A DNA stretch of 64,000 nt from Deferrisomatales bacterium. GTDB lineage: Bacteria > Desulfobacterota > Deferrisomatia > Deferrisomatales > JACRMM01. Positions within the stretch are counted from its first letter, which is position 1; the number at the start of each line of letters is the position of its first letter. Positions 1-9,512 of the stretch are shown here, one piece after another. The stretch spans positions 128,001 to 192,000 of the forward strand of contig JAWSUI010000001.1 of assembly GCA_033551855.1 (NCBI GenBank), given 5' to 3'. Position numbers and translations under genes: made by a program. The notes under the pieces were generated by a model. That model was not told where the DNA came from, ran no database searches, and saw only the letters and a program-made list of their open reading frames with translations.

Positions 1-207
1 GTACCCCGTGGTCACGGTGAAGGCGAGCCGGTCCCCCGGCGCCCCGTCGGTATCCAGGGCCTCCTGCCGGAGCTCGGCGGCCACGTCTTCGAAGGAGATG
101 CCCGTGCGGCGAAGCACCCGTGCACGGACCTGCCCGTCGGCGTCCAGGAGCACCGCCTTGGACCAAGAGGAGCCGAGGTCGATCCCGAGAAAGAAGGGGT
201 TGCTCAT
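1..207 (-). CDS. 2-hydroxyacyl-CoA dehydratase activator (BadF/BadG/BcrA/BcrD ASKHA ATPase), N-terminal part, runs off the window
   Basis: Not in the ORF track; manual translation from ATG 207 gives MSNPFFLGIDLGSSWSKAVLLD...TVTTGY, with the GIDxGS and TGY(G) activator motifs; lies directly downstream of the dehydratase subunit. Confidence 0.85.
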   Translation of the reverse strand, partial: MSNPFFLGIDLGSSWSKAVLLDADGQVRARVLRRTGISFEDVAAELRQEALDTDGAPGDRLAFTVTTGY

Positions 208-210
208 GGT

Positions 211-280
211 CTGCTGTCCGTTGTCCGTTGGGGCACTCCGCGAGGCTACAGTCTACAACGGACCACGGACGACGGACCAC
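211..280. repeat. Intergenic heptamer-based palindrome (TGTCCGT / ACGGACC)
   Basis: gtccgttgtccgttg ... caacggaccacggacgacggaccac; related copy at 1521-1625. Confidence 0.6.
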
Positions 281-283
281 ACT

Positions 284-1516
284 CTACCCGCCCAGTTGCT
301 CGACGAACGCCTCCAGGTTGGTGCGGGCCTGCTCCTCGGAAAAACACCGCAGGTCGTTCAGGTCGCCATAGAGGACGACGTAGGGAGTCCCCGTGCGTTC
401 CTTGAGCCGCTGGGGCAGCCCATACCGGGTGTTTGAGTTGCAGGGGCAGGTCTTTGCATCGTGGTACACGATGCCGTCCACCGCGAAGTCCCGGGCCAGG
501 CGGGCGACGACGTCCTCCTTGACCGCGTCCGAGCGCACGATGAAGAGCTCCAGGTACGCCCGGGCCATGGCCTCGAAGGGATCCCCCTCCCTGCCCCCCT
601 CGAAGGCCTCGAAGATCCAGGAGTTGCAGTAGGTGGACACGACGACCGCCGTGCGGAGCTCCTGAAAGAACCCGGCGAGCTCCCGGAGCTTGCCCCACAC
701 GGGCATTCCGTCCCAGTAGATCCGGTGGCGCTCCCCCTCCACGCCGCCTACTCCCTGCGCAGCGCGCTCCTCGAGCTCGGCCAGCAGCTCGCGGTAGAAG
801 GCCACGGGACCGGGTGTGCCCCGCAGGACCACCGCCGGCCCCATGAGGATGGTGGCGTCGAAGAAGGTCAAGGGGCTCGGCCGGTGGCGGCCGCTGAAAA
901 GGCAGGCCTTCCAGAGCCGCGAGGTATCCGCCGAGAGGGCCAGGACCTCCCGGAAGCGGTCGATGTCAAACGTGTGGCCTGCGATCTGCTCCAGGGGGGG
1001 GACGAGGGCCTGGTACTGCGCCACCATGCCGTCCACCAGGGGCCGGGTCAGCTCCCCGACCTTGGTGGGAGAGTTGACCCCCACCAAGGGCACACCGAAC
1101 TCCCGGGAGTAGAAGGAGAACCAGTCCTGCACGTCGCGGCACTGGTTGGTGTTGTACACGAGCACGTCGGGCCGGGGGACGCCCTCCAGGCCATACGCCT
1201 TCTTCAGGGGGGTGTCCTTTGCCAGGTACGCCCCGATGTCACTGGTCAGATAGCTGCAGATGTCGGGGCTGTACCCGATGGCGTTGGCCAGGGGGATGAA
1301 GTCGTTGGCCCGGCGGCTCGCCCCCAACAGGGCCCCGTGGTTCTCCGGGTAGTAGACCGTGTACCCCAGGCTGAGGAGCAGCTCGGCGGGCCCCACGCTG
1401 GTGCACCAGGCGACCTTTCGTCCCGGGTCCCGGGCGGCCTCGGCGACCTCCCGGAAGTGGCCGGCCATGAGCTCTTTCATCTGTTTTTGCGCCCGGAAGG
1501 GCTTGAACTCTTTCAT
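284..1516 (-). CDS. 2-hydroxyacyl-CoA dehydratase subunit (HgdA/B, FldB/C, BcrB/C family)
   Basis: YPENHGA, YSPDICSY, NQC and DGIVYHDAKTC motifs; start at ATG 1516 (MKEFKPF). Confidence 0.85.
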   Translation of the reverse strand: MKEFKPFRAQKQMKELMAGHFREVAEAARDPGRKVAWCTSVGPAELLLSLGYTVYYPENHGALLGASRRANDFIPLANAIGYSPDICSYLTSDIGAYLAKDTPLKKAYGLEGVPRPDVLVYNTNQCRDVQDWFSFYSREFGVPLVGVNSPTKVGELTRPLVDGMVAQYQALVPPLEQIAGHTFDIDRFREVLALSADTSRLWKACLFSGRHRPSPLTFFDATILMGPAVVLRGTPGPVAFYRELLAELEERAAQGVGGVEGERHRIYWDGMPVWGKLRELAGFFQELRTAVVVSTYCNSWIFEAFEGGREGDPFEAMARAYLELFIVRSDAVKEDVVARLARDFAVDGIVYHDAKTCPCNSNTRYGLPQRLKERTGTPYVVLYGDLNDLRCFSEEQARTNLEAFVEQLGG

Positions 1517-1520
1517 GGGG

Positions 1521-1625
1521 TTGTCCGTTGTCTGTTGTCCGTCGAAGTTTGTCCGACGTCCATTGGCCGCTGGAGGCAAGACGCGCCCCCGGCTCTCCAG
1601 CGGACCGCGGACGATGGACCACGAG
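1521..1625. repeat. Intergenic heptamer-based palindrome, second copy
   Basis: ttgtccgttgtctgttgtccgt ... cggaccgcggacgatggaccac. Confidence 0.55.
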
Positions 1626-1631
1626 CCGTTT

Positions 1632-3665
1632 CTAGGCTCCCTTGAACTCCGGTCGCGACACGCCCACGCTCTTGAGGCCGGTCAGGGCGTCGGCGGTGCG
1701 GAAGATCTCCTCCAGGCGGCTGAGCTCGAGCTCGAGGCCGGCGGGAAGGTCCACGGTCATCCCCTCGTCGAGAATCTCGTTCGCGGCGCACACGGCCAGG
1801 GGGGCCTTCCGGGGAATGGCCTTGGCCGCCGCCTGGACCCGGGGGTCGCCGCTGGGAGCCCTTCCGCCCAGGACCTCGCCGATGTGCTGGTCGGAGAAGG
1901 CCTCAACTACCGCCTCCCACCCTGCCGGCACCGGCTTCTTCGCGTACTTGTCGGCGACGGCGCCCTTCGCGGCGAGGTTGCGAATGAAGGCGTCCGCCTC
2001 CGCGGAGGGCACGTAGTAGGCCGCCAGCCCGATCTCGTGGGCGGTCTTTCCGTCCAGGGGTGCGCCGGTGAAGACCAGGTACTTGCCGAGCTCCTTGCCC
2101 ACGATACGGGCGGTGCGCTGGGTGCCGCCCAAGCCGGGGAAGATTCCGATGCTCGTCTCCGGGAAGCCGAAGCCCGCCTTCTCGGTGGCGACGATGGCTT
2201 GGCACGCCAGGGCGAGCTCGGTGCCGCCGCCCAGGGAGAGGCCGTCCACCTTGGCGATCACGGGTTTCAGCGAGGTCTCGAGCTTGCGCAGCACGCGCTG
2301 GCCCCGGCGCGCGAACTCGCCGATCTTCGGAACCCGGCCCGCCTCGATGTTGTCGATGAAGAACTTGATGTCGGCTCCGGCAACGAAGGCCTTGCCCGCA
2401 CCCTCGATCACGATGGCCTTCACGTCCGCCCGCGCGGAGGCGTCGTCGAAGGCTGCCTCGAGCTGCTCCACCACGGCTTCGTTGAGGGCGTTCAGGGCCT
2501 CGGGACGGTTGATGCGGAGGGTGGCGATGCCGTCCTTCACGGCGAGTTGGACGACCTGGATGGGCCAGGGGGAGCCCGAGGCCTTTCGCGCGGAGAGGCT
2601 CTTGGCCAGGGGGTGGCCGAACTCGGCGCAGAAGGTCTCGGCCAGGGCGACGGCCTTGGCCGTGCCCACCTTGTTCATGAGCTCAAAGGGCCCCAGAGCC
2701 CAAAGAAGACCGATCTTGGCGCCCTGATCGACGTCCTCCAGGCTCGCGACCTCCTCGTCCAGGAGCTCGCCCGCCACCTGAAAGACGACCCCCATGAGGC
2801 GGTCGGCGACTTGCTGGAACTTCGCGTCGTCCGCGGTGCCCGCCAGATTCCAGGGCTCGTTCTTCTCTGCCTGGGCCTTGAGGAGCGCCACCGGCGGGTA
2901 GTAGCCCCCGAGCTCCCGACCCAGGGTGGCCTCCGCGTGGTACGCGATGGGCACGCCGGTCACGTTCATGAGCTCGAAGGGCCCCATCCCGATGCGGAAG
3001 GCTTTCTTGGCCGCCGCCTCGATGGTGGGGATGTCGGCGACCCCCTTCTCCAGGAGACGGACCGCCTCGTTGAGCCACGGGACGAAGAAGCGGTTCACCA
3101 CGAACCCCGGACGGTCCTTGCACAGGATCGGCACCTTCCCCATACGCTTGGCGAGCTCGAGGCTGGCGTCGACCGCGGCCGCACTCGTCTTGGCCCCGGG
3201 GATCACCTCGACGAGGCGGTTCTTGGCCGGGTGGTAGAAGAAGTGGAGCCCGACCACGCGCTCGGGGCGCTTTGCGGCCTCGGCGAGGTGGGTCACGTAA
3301 AAGCTCGACGTGTTGGTGGCGAGCACGGTCTCGGGCCCGCACAGGTCGCCGAGCCCCGCGAAGAGCTCCTTCTTCACCGTCTCGTCCTCGAACACGGCCT
3401 CGATCACGTAGTCGCAGTCGGCAAGCTCCTTGAGATCTGTGGTGTCGTAGATGCGGGCCAAGATCTCCTCGACCTGCTCGGGCTTGAAGATCTTTCGCTC
3501 GACGGCCTCGCCGAGAAGGGTGCGGATGCGGGAGCGTCCCCGGGCCACGAACTCGCTCGTGAGGTCCTGCATCACGACGGCGAACCCCTCCTGGGCGAGC
3601 TTCTGGACGATACCGCTTCCCATGTTGCCTGCGCCGACTACCCCGATCTTCTTAAGCTTGGCCAT
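1632..3665 (-). CDS. 3-hydroxyacyl-CoA dehydrogenase / enoyl-CoA hydratase fusion (dehydrogenase N-terminal)
   Basis: GAGNMG, EAVFE, TNTSS, GLHFF and PGFVVNR followed by the crotonase motifs NRPEALNAL, AFVAGADI, GGGTEL and FPE. Confidence 0.92.
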   Translation of the reverse strand: MAKLKKIGVVGAGNMGSGIVQKLAQEGFAVVMQDLTSEFVARGRSRIRTLLGEAVERKIFKPEQVEEILARIYDTTDLKELADCDYVIEAVFEDETVKKELFAGLGDLCGPETVLATNTSSFYVTHLAEAAKRPERVVGLHFFYHPAKNRLVEVIPGAKTSAAAVDASLELAKRMGKVPILCKDRPGFVVNRFFVPWLNEAVRLLEKGVADIPTIEAAAKKAFRIGMGPFELMNVTGVPIAYHAEATLGRELGGYYPPVALLKAQAEKNEPWNLAGTADDAKFQQVADRLMGVVFQVAGELLDEEVASLEDVDQGAKIGLLWALGPFELMNKVGTAKAVALAETFCAEFGHPLAKSLSARKASGSPWPIQVVQLAVKDGIATLRINRPEALNALNEAVVEQLEAAFDDASARADVKAIVIEGAGKAFVAGADIKFFIDNIEAGRVPKIGEFARRGQRVLRKLETSLKPVIAKVDGLSLGGGTELALACQAIVATEKAGFGFPETSIGIFPGLGGTQRTARIVGKELGKYLVFTGAPLDGKTAHEIGLAAYYVPSAEADAFIRNLAAKGAVADKYAKKPVPAGWEAVVEAFSDQHIGEVLGGRAPSGDPRVQAAAKAIPRKAPLAVCAANEILDEGMTVDLPAGLELELSRLEEIFRTADALTGLKSVGVSRPEFKGA

Positions 3666-3853
3666 GGCTTCCCTCTCCTCTGCGCCAGGGGCGCGATCGC
3701 TGAAAACAAACCGGATCCCGGTAAAGCTTCACCGTCTGTAGCTCTGCGGAGGCTCGCCGGGCGAGCCTGGTACCTGGCGCAACGTGCGCCGGAAAGCAGT
3801 ATACAAGATGCGTACCTGTCCGGAGAAACGGCGAGGGGCGGGATGCCCGGGTC

Positions 3854-4768
3854 TCAGGGCGCGAGCGGGCCCGCTCCGGGCGGGGAGAAGCGGGAGACCT
3901 CCGGGGGGAGCGGGAAGCTCCTCCCCCCGAGCCCCCGGCAGGCGAGGCTCGCGACGGTCACCGCGAGACGGAGGGCCCCCTCGCGGCGCAGCCCGCGGAC
4001 CAGGGCCAGCGCCAGGGCCCCGTGGAAGACGTCCCCGGCGCCGGTGCTGTCCCGGACGGTCACCCGCAGGGAGGGGAACCGCAGGATCTTGCCGTCGAGC
4101 AAGGCGATGGCCCCCTGATCCCCCAGCGTTGCGCAGCACCACCCCCGGGCCCGGCCCGCCACGGCCTCCAGGGCTGCCTCCGGGGGGGCCCCGGGGACCG
4201 CCTGCTCCAGAAAGCTCCGACTGACCGCGAGGACGTCGGCGCGGCCCCAGGTCTCCACCCATCGCTCTCCCGCCCGCTCGGCGTCGGCCACGGTGAGGAT
4301 GCCGCGGTCCCGGCAGAAGGGCTCCAGCTCCGGGAGGAGATGCTCCCCCTGGCGGTCCACCAGCACCGCCCGCGCCCCTTCTGCGGCGGGCCGGACCTCC
4401 TCCCAGGCGAGTCTCTCGGGGGCAGAGGGCTCGTAGGCGATGGTCCGGGTGCCCCGGGCCCGGGAGACGAGGCACCAGGCCGTGGGCGTCCGGCCCCGGG
4501 GCGCGGGCATCCCGGAGAGATCCACCCGGAAGGCCGCCATCCGCTCCCGGGCGAAGCGGCCCGCCTCGTCGTCCCCCAGCACCCCCACGAACCCCGCCCG
4601 CCCTCCCAGGTGGGCCGCAAGGCACGCCGCGGTCGATGCCTGCCCTCCCCCCTCCCGCAGCCGGGCCAGCACCGGGACCTTGGCGTCCTCCGCCGGGTAG
4701 GCCTCCACCTCCAGGAGCTCGTCCACGCAGGCCCGGCCGACGCAGAGGAGGTCGAGGTCGCGGATCAC
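3854..4768 (-). CDS. PfkB family carbohydrate kinase
   Basis: GGGQAST, GVLGDD and DSTGAGDVF motifs. Confidence 0.88.
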   Translation of the reverse strand: MIRDLDLLCVGRACVDELLEVEAYPAEDAKVPVLARLREGGGQASTAACLAAHLGGRAGFVGVLGDDEAGRFARERMAAFRVDLSGMPAPRGRTPTAWCLVSRARGTRTIAYEPSAPERLAWEEVRPAAEGARAVLVDRQGEHLLPELEPFCRDRGILTVADAERAGERWVETWGRADVLAVSRSFLEQAVPGAPPEAALEAVAGRARGWCCATLGDQGAIALLDGKILRFPSLRVTVRDSTGAGDVFHGALALALVRGLRREGALRLAVTVASLACRGLGGRSFPLPPEVSRFSPPGAGPLAP

Positions 4769-4834
4769 AGGCGACCGACCGGGGCCGGCTCCCCGCGCAT
4801 CATCCGTGCTCCTCCCCGCCGAGGAGCGCGATCG

Positions 4835-5318
4835 TCACGGATCGACCCCGGCCCGTGCGGACTGCGCCAGGGCAGGCTCGACCTCTTCCAGCCACTCCCG
4901 CGCCAGGGCCTCGAGGGCGCGGTCGCGGTAGGCGAACCAGGCTTCCCTCTGTTCGGGCTAGGCGGCCAGGGCGTCCTTGAACCGGCGGAAGGGTTTGGTG
5001 CCGCGAAGGGCCGCCTCCAACAGCTGCCGGACCAGGGGTTCGATCACCGAGGCAGCGAACTCGGCCATGAGGCGGTAGCCCTCGGAGGACGGCCGGGGCT
5101 CGATCAGGAGGTACCGGTCGCTGCCCTCCTCCAGGGCCTCGGCGAGCGCCTCGTCTTCCTCCCGGATGCCTTCGGTGACCGGGAAGACCTCGCCGGTCTT
5201 CCCGGTCGAGGAACCACTCCAGTCCCGGGTCGTTGCTTTCCAGTGCCATGGCGAGCTGGGCGAGGTCGACGGGCAGTCGATGCAAGGGGCTCTCTCCCGA
5301 TGTTGCGGGGGGCGTCAC
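4835..5318 (-). pseudogene. UPF0158 family protein with a frameshift and an internal stop
   Basis: LPVDLAQLAMALE...WFLDRE, then +1 frameshift near 5200 into TGEVFPV...YRLMAEFA...KPFRRFKDALAA*PEQREAWF; TAG at 4958-4960; natural stop at 4835-4837. Confidence 0.75.
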
Positions 5319-7369
5319 TTCCAGGAGGCGTATTCCCGAATCTCCGAGAAGGCGACCACCTTGTTTCTTCCGGTGTGCCTGGCCGCGTACAGGGCCTTGT
5401 CGACCCGGGCGACGAGGTCCTCCGGGCCCTCCGACTCCCCCTCCAGCGTCGCGGCGCCGAGGCTGACCCGCAGGGCCAGAGGTCTTTCACCCCAAGACAC
5501 AGTCAGCGCCTGCACGCCGGCCCGCACCCGCTCCGCCAGAGCCAGGGCGCCGTCCTCGGGCGTGTTCGGGAGCAGCACCGCGAGCTCCTCGCCGTTGTAC
5601 CGGGCGGCGAGGTCGGTCGCCCGGGCGACCGCTGCGAGGGTGCGGGCGACGGCCTGGAGCACGGCGTCACCCGCGAGGTGTCCGTGCAGGTCGGTGATCT
5701 TCTTGAGTTGGTCGACGCCGAGGAGAAGCACGGACAGGGCCTGCCCGCACCGGCGGCTCCTCTGCACCTCTGCGGCGAGCCGTTCGGAGAACACCCGGCG
5801 GTTGGCGAGGCCCGTCAGCTCGTCCCTGGCCGCTAGATTCCCCAGCTCCTCGTGGGCGCGGAGGAGACAGATCCCCTGGGCGCCGTGCTGGGACAGGACC
5901 TCGCAGAACTGTACCGCGGCGGGGTCGAAGGCCTTCGGGGGAACGCTCGCCGCACATAGGATGCCGATGGGCTCGGCGCTCGCTCGCAGGGGCTGGAGGA
6001 TCAGGCTGCCGAAATCCGGCGCCGGCAGCTCGTGGCTGAAAAGGGGTCGACGGGCCCCTTCCCGAGGGGTGTCGTACTGCAGGTACTGACCACTCTCCAA
6101 GACCCAACCCGCGAGCCCGTCCGCGGGCGAGAAGGCCACGCCCTCCCACTCGGCCCAGCGGGGGTCGCCGACCGCATCGAAACGAAGGCGCCCTTCGCCG
6201 TCCAGCAGGGCCACCGCGCAGAAATCCGGCTTGATGCGGGCCTGGAGCGCCGCGAGGGAGATGCTGAGCACCTCCGGGACCGAGCGGCACGTGACCAGGC
6301 TCTTGGAAAAGTCGTGCAGGTGCTGGAAGTCCAGGGAGCGGCGCTTCCAGTGCTCCAACTCGCGCAGCTGGGTGAGGATCGTCCCGACCTGGTGGGCCGC
6401 GACCTTGAGGACGGTGCTGTGTGCTTCGGAGAACGCGTTCTCCTGGAGTTGGTCCACCGCCAGCACTCCCTGCACCTGGTCGCCCTCGACGATCGGCACG
6501 CCGAGGAAGCTCTTCACGGCCACCCCGGGGCCGTAGTAGCCGAGGCGGGCCCGGGCATCGCGGAGGGCCCCAACGGACAGTGGCTTTCGGTTCTCCAGCA
6601 CCCATTGGAAGGCCGTGCCCTCGAGGTTGAACACCCGGTCCTCGCGGATGTCGTGGCTGTCGGATACCAGCTCCCGCAGAAAGAGGCCCCCGCGGGGAGT
6701 CGTCACCACGAGGGCGGCCCCGTGGGCGCCGGTGTGCTCCTTCACTTCCTGGAGGTAGTCGTAGAGCAGGTCGTCGAGACGGGACAGGTCGCGGCGCGGG
6801 CCTTCCGGTGCGGACGGCGATCCCTCCAAGTGCTCCTGGTCGAGGCGGAGCTTGTCCAGGGCCAGCTGGAGGCGCCGGCGGTGGCGTTTCTCGAGCAGGG
6901 AGGCCACCCCGGCCGCCGCGGCCACCAGCTCCAGATGGATCAGGGGCGCCAGTGTGTCGCGCCAGAGGGGAAACGCCGCCAGCGGCAGGACGAGCACGGC
7001 GGGAAGGGGTACGGTGGAGGCGAGGGCGATGAGAAGAATGGCGTGGGCGGCGAGGGACCACGCGGGAGGGGCCCCGGCCACCACCAAGGCGGTGGACAAG
7101 GCCAGCGCCGCGAGAAGCCCGACCTCGGCCCTCTCCAGGTCGGGGGACCGGGAGCGGACCACCAAGGCGTGGATGCGCCACAGGAAGTAGGCGATGAAGG
7201 CGACCAGGAGAACCAGGGCGGATGGGTGGAGTCCCTGCTCGGGGTCGAACAGTCCGGCCAGGAGAGCCGCGCCGTGAGCCGCCGGGGCCAGCGCCCGGAG
7301 GGCCAAGGCCACAGCCGCGGTTCCCGCCGGGGGGCGGGCTTGGTGTCGGGGTTCAGCGCTGGGGGGCAT
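5315..7369 (-). CDS. Membrane-bound GAF-GAF-GGDEF protein with degenerate active site
   Basis: N-terminal TM helices, GAF-like segments, DELTGLANRR, HLAGDAVL and RATDLAARYNGEEL. Confidence 0.85.
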   Translation of the reverse strand: MPPSAEPRHQARPPAGTAAVALALRALAPAAHGAALLAGLFDPEQGLHPSALVLLVAFIAYFLWRIHALVVRSRSPDLERAEVGLLAALALSTALVVAGAPPAWSLAAHAILLIALASTVPLPAVLVLPLAAFPLWRDTLAPLIHLELVAAAAGVASLLEKRHRRRLQLALDKLRLDQEHLEGSPSAPEGPRRDLSRLDDLLYDYLQEVKEHTGAHGAALVVTTPRGGLFLRELVSDSHDIREDRVFNLEGTAFQWVLENRKPLSVGALRDARARLGYYGPGVAVKSFLGVPIVEGDQVQGVLAVDQLQENAFSEAHSTVLKVAAHQVGTILTQLRELEHWKRRSLDFQHLHDFSKSLVTCRSVPEVLSISLAALQARIKPDFCAVALLDGEGRLRFDAVGDPRWAEWEGVAFSPADGLAGWVLESGQYLQYDTPREGARRPLFSHELPAPDFGSLILQPLRASAEPIGILCAASVPPKAFDPAAVQFCEVLSQHGAQGICLLRAHEELGNLAARDELTGLANRRVFSERLAAEVQRSRRCGQALSVLLLGVDQLKKITDLHGHLAGDAVLQAVARTLAAVARATDLAARYNGEELAVLLPNTPEDGALALAERVRAGVQALTVSWGERPLALRVSLGAATLEGESEGPEDLVARVDKALYAARHTGRNKVVAFSEIREYASWK

Positions 7370-7652
7370 GGCGCTCGGGCAGCAGGAAGACGGTCTCCCC
7401 TTCCCGGATCATCCCCAGGTCCCGGCGGGCTCGCCTCTCGATGGCCCTCGGGTCTTCCCGGAGCCTGGCGATGTCTCGCTCCAGGGCGGCGCGCCGATCC
7501 CGGAGATCAGCGATCTCCTCCGACAGGGCCGCCCGTTCCTGCCGCAGCCGGCGCAGCTCGCGCGATCCCTGGTCCCCGAGAAGCGCAACGGCCAGAAAAG
7601 CCAGGGCCGCCACGAGGGCGGTGCCCAGGGCGATTCGCTCTCGAACGCTCAC
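7353..7652 (-). CDS. ftsB: Septum formation initiator FtsB/DivIC
   Basis: TM helix, coiled coil and IERRARRDLGMIREGE. Confidence 0.85.
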   Translation of the reverse strand: MSVRERIALGTALVAALAFLAVALLGDQGSRELRRLRQERAALSEEIADLRDRRAALERDIARLREDPRAIERRARRDLGMIREGETVFLLPERHAPQR

Positions 7653-7674
7653 GGGAGGTCCGCTGCCGTCCCGC

Positions 7675-8460
7675 CTATTCCAAGCGGAACCGGACCCGGA
7701 TGGTTCCCCACTGCTCCCTCTCCTCTCCCGGCGGCAAGGCGTTGAACCGGAAGGCCTTGATGTACTCCAGGGCCGCGTGGTCGAGCTCCGGGTCTCCCCG
7801 CTCGGTGGGGTAGGCCCTGCCGACGTCGCCCTCGGGGGACACGTAGAAACGGATCGCGACGGAGGCCGGATGGCGGATGGGGACCTGGGGCGGGGGAGGT
7901 TCCCTGACCACGCGGCGATCGAGACCGACCGGGCCTTCGATCTCCAGTCGGCGCATGGCCTCCCGGGCGGCCGCGTCCAGGTCTTCTCCCGGGGCCGTGA
8001 CCCCGCGGAGCAGTGCCTGTGCCACGTCCGTGGCTGCCGGGGGCTCGGGTGCCGGAGACCGCGCCGGGAGCAGGCCCGGGCGCTCCGGGAGGGGCTCGAC
8101 CCGATCCGACCAGAACCGGCGCTGCCCCACCGTGTCCGGCTCCGGTAGCTCGGCGCGGCGGGTTGGAAGGCGCAGCGGGGGGAGCGGGAGCGGAGGGTCC
8201 CCGGCGGTCACCTGGGGCCCGAGCAGGTCCGGGGCCAGGGCCTCCAGGGCCTCGCGGGTGACAGCGGGGGGTGCGGGGCGTGCTGCTGCCGGGGGAGAAA
8301 GCGGCAGCGGGGGCGGAAGGGGTCGGTGCAGCTCCACTTCGACGAGGCGCTCCTCCCCCACCAGCAGGCGGACCCGCGCGGGCGGCACGAAGAGCACGAC
8401 CGCCAGGTGGAGGATGAGGCTGGTGCCCAGGGCGAGAGCCAGGGCGACTCGGGCGGACAT
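7675..8460 (-). CDS. TonB family energy transducer
   Basis: SLILH TM motif, Pro-rich linker and C-terminal FYVSPEGDV...LDHAAL. Confidence 0.8.
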   Translation of the reverse strand: MSARVALALALGTSLILHLAVVLFVPPARVRLLVGEERLVEVELHRPLPPPLPLSPPAAARPAPPAVTREALEALAPDLLGPQVTAGDPPLPLPPLRLPTRRAELPEPDTVGQRRFWSDRVEPLPERPGLLPARSPAPEPPAATDVAQALLRGVTAPGEDLDAAAREAMRRLEIEGPVGLDRRVVREPPPPQVPIRHPASVAIRFYVSPEGDVGRAYPTERGDPELDHAALEYIKAFRFNALPPGEEREQWGTIRVRFRLE

Positions 8461-8466
8461 GGCACC

Positions 8467-8871
8467 TCACCGGTGGGGCCGCGTCGCGATAGCCAGGCGG
8501 CTCAGCCCGGAAATCTTCGCCCGGTCCATGACGTCCACCACGAACTTGTGGGGAGTCTCCTCGTCCGCCTCGATCACCACCAGGGTGTCCCGGTCGGCGC
8601 GGGCGGTGTCGCGCAGAAGCGCGTCGAGATCCTCGGCGCTCGCCCGCTGGTCTCCCAATAAGAGCGAACCCGCCGGGTCCACCTTGACGCGGAGCTCCTG
8701 GCGCTCGCTGCGGACGGGCTCGGCCTTCGCCTGGGGCAGGTTGATGCGGATCCCCGGGGAGACGACGAAGGTGGTGGAGAGCATGAAGAAGATCAGGAGC
8801 AGGAAGACGCAGTCGATCAAGGGCGTGAGGTCCGGGGTCACCTGTTCCCGTCGGGGCTTGCGGAACCTCAT
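8467..8871 (-). CDS. exbD: ExbD/TolR biopolymer transporter
   Basis: MRFRK...DLTPLIDCVFLLLIFFM...INLP...IEAD; start at 8871 overlaps the exbB stop. Confidence 0.9.
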   Translation of the reverse strand: MRFRKPRREQVTPDLTPLIDCVFLLLIFFMLSTTFVVSPGIRINLPQAKAEPVRSERQELRVKVDPAGSLLLGDQRASAEDLDALLRDTARADRDTLVVIEADEETPHKFVVDVMDRAKISGLSRLAIATRPHR

Positions 8872-9512
8872 GCGTCCGCCTCGGCGCGGCTCGGGACGCG
8901 GGACCGCAGGTCGGCGTTCTTCACGAGATCCACGAAGTGCAGCGCGTACTGCTCCAGGCCCAAGATGATGCGATCCAGCTTGCCAAGGAAGTACCGGTAG
9001 GCGACGAAGGTGGGGATCGCCACGGTCAGGCCGGCGGCGGTGGTGATGAGCGCTTCGCTGATGCCCCCGGCCAGGCTGGCGGGATTCCCCACGCCCTGGA
9101 CGCTGATCACGGTGAACGCCTTGATCATTCCGGAAACCGTGCCCAGCAGCCCCAGCAGCGGCGCCACGTTGGCAACGGTCCCCAGGATGCCCACGTAGCG
9201 CTCCAGGTGGGCGGCCTCTCGGCGACCCACCTCCTCCACGGCCTCCTTGACCGCATCGCGGCCTTGGCCGGCGTGCCGGAGGGCGGCCTGGATGACGGCC
9301 CCCATGGGGCTGGGGCTTCTTCGGCACACGGCCATGGCCTCTTCGAGGAGCCCCCGCCGAATCAGCTCTTCCGCGCGCCGCGCCAACTCCTTGGGAAGGT
9401 TGCGACTGCCGCGCAGCGTCCAGGCCCGCTCGAGGAACACGGCGACGGCGATGATGGAGCACCCGACGATGGGGATCATGAGGACTCCCCCTTTGAGCAC
9501 GTATTCGTACAT
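8868..9512 (-). CDS. exbB: ExbB/TolQ/MotA proton channel
   Basis: APLLGLLGTVSGMI and GISEALITTAAGL. Confidence 0.92.
   Translation of the reverse strand: MYEYVLKGGVLMIPIVGCSIIAVAVFLERAWTLRGSRNLPKELARRAEELIRRGLLEEAMAVCRRSPSPMGAVIQAALRHAGQGRDAVKEAVEEVGRREAAHLERYVGILGTVANVAPLLGLLGTVSGMIKAFTVISVQGVGNPASLAGGISEALITTAAGLTVAIPTFVAYRYFLGKLDRIILGLEQYALHFVDLVKNADLRSRVPSRAEADA

Noticed and set aside
1359..4118. 919-aa plus-strand ORF and many other long antisense ORFs (e.g. 11470-13884, 53834-56179, 42798-44192)
   Set aside because: Shadow ORFs of real genes in high-GC DNA; no recognisable motifs
4958..4960. In-frame TAG as possible pyrrolysine readthrough
   Set aside because: The same gene also has a frameshift, the codon is one change from Tyr, and no pyl genes are in the window
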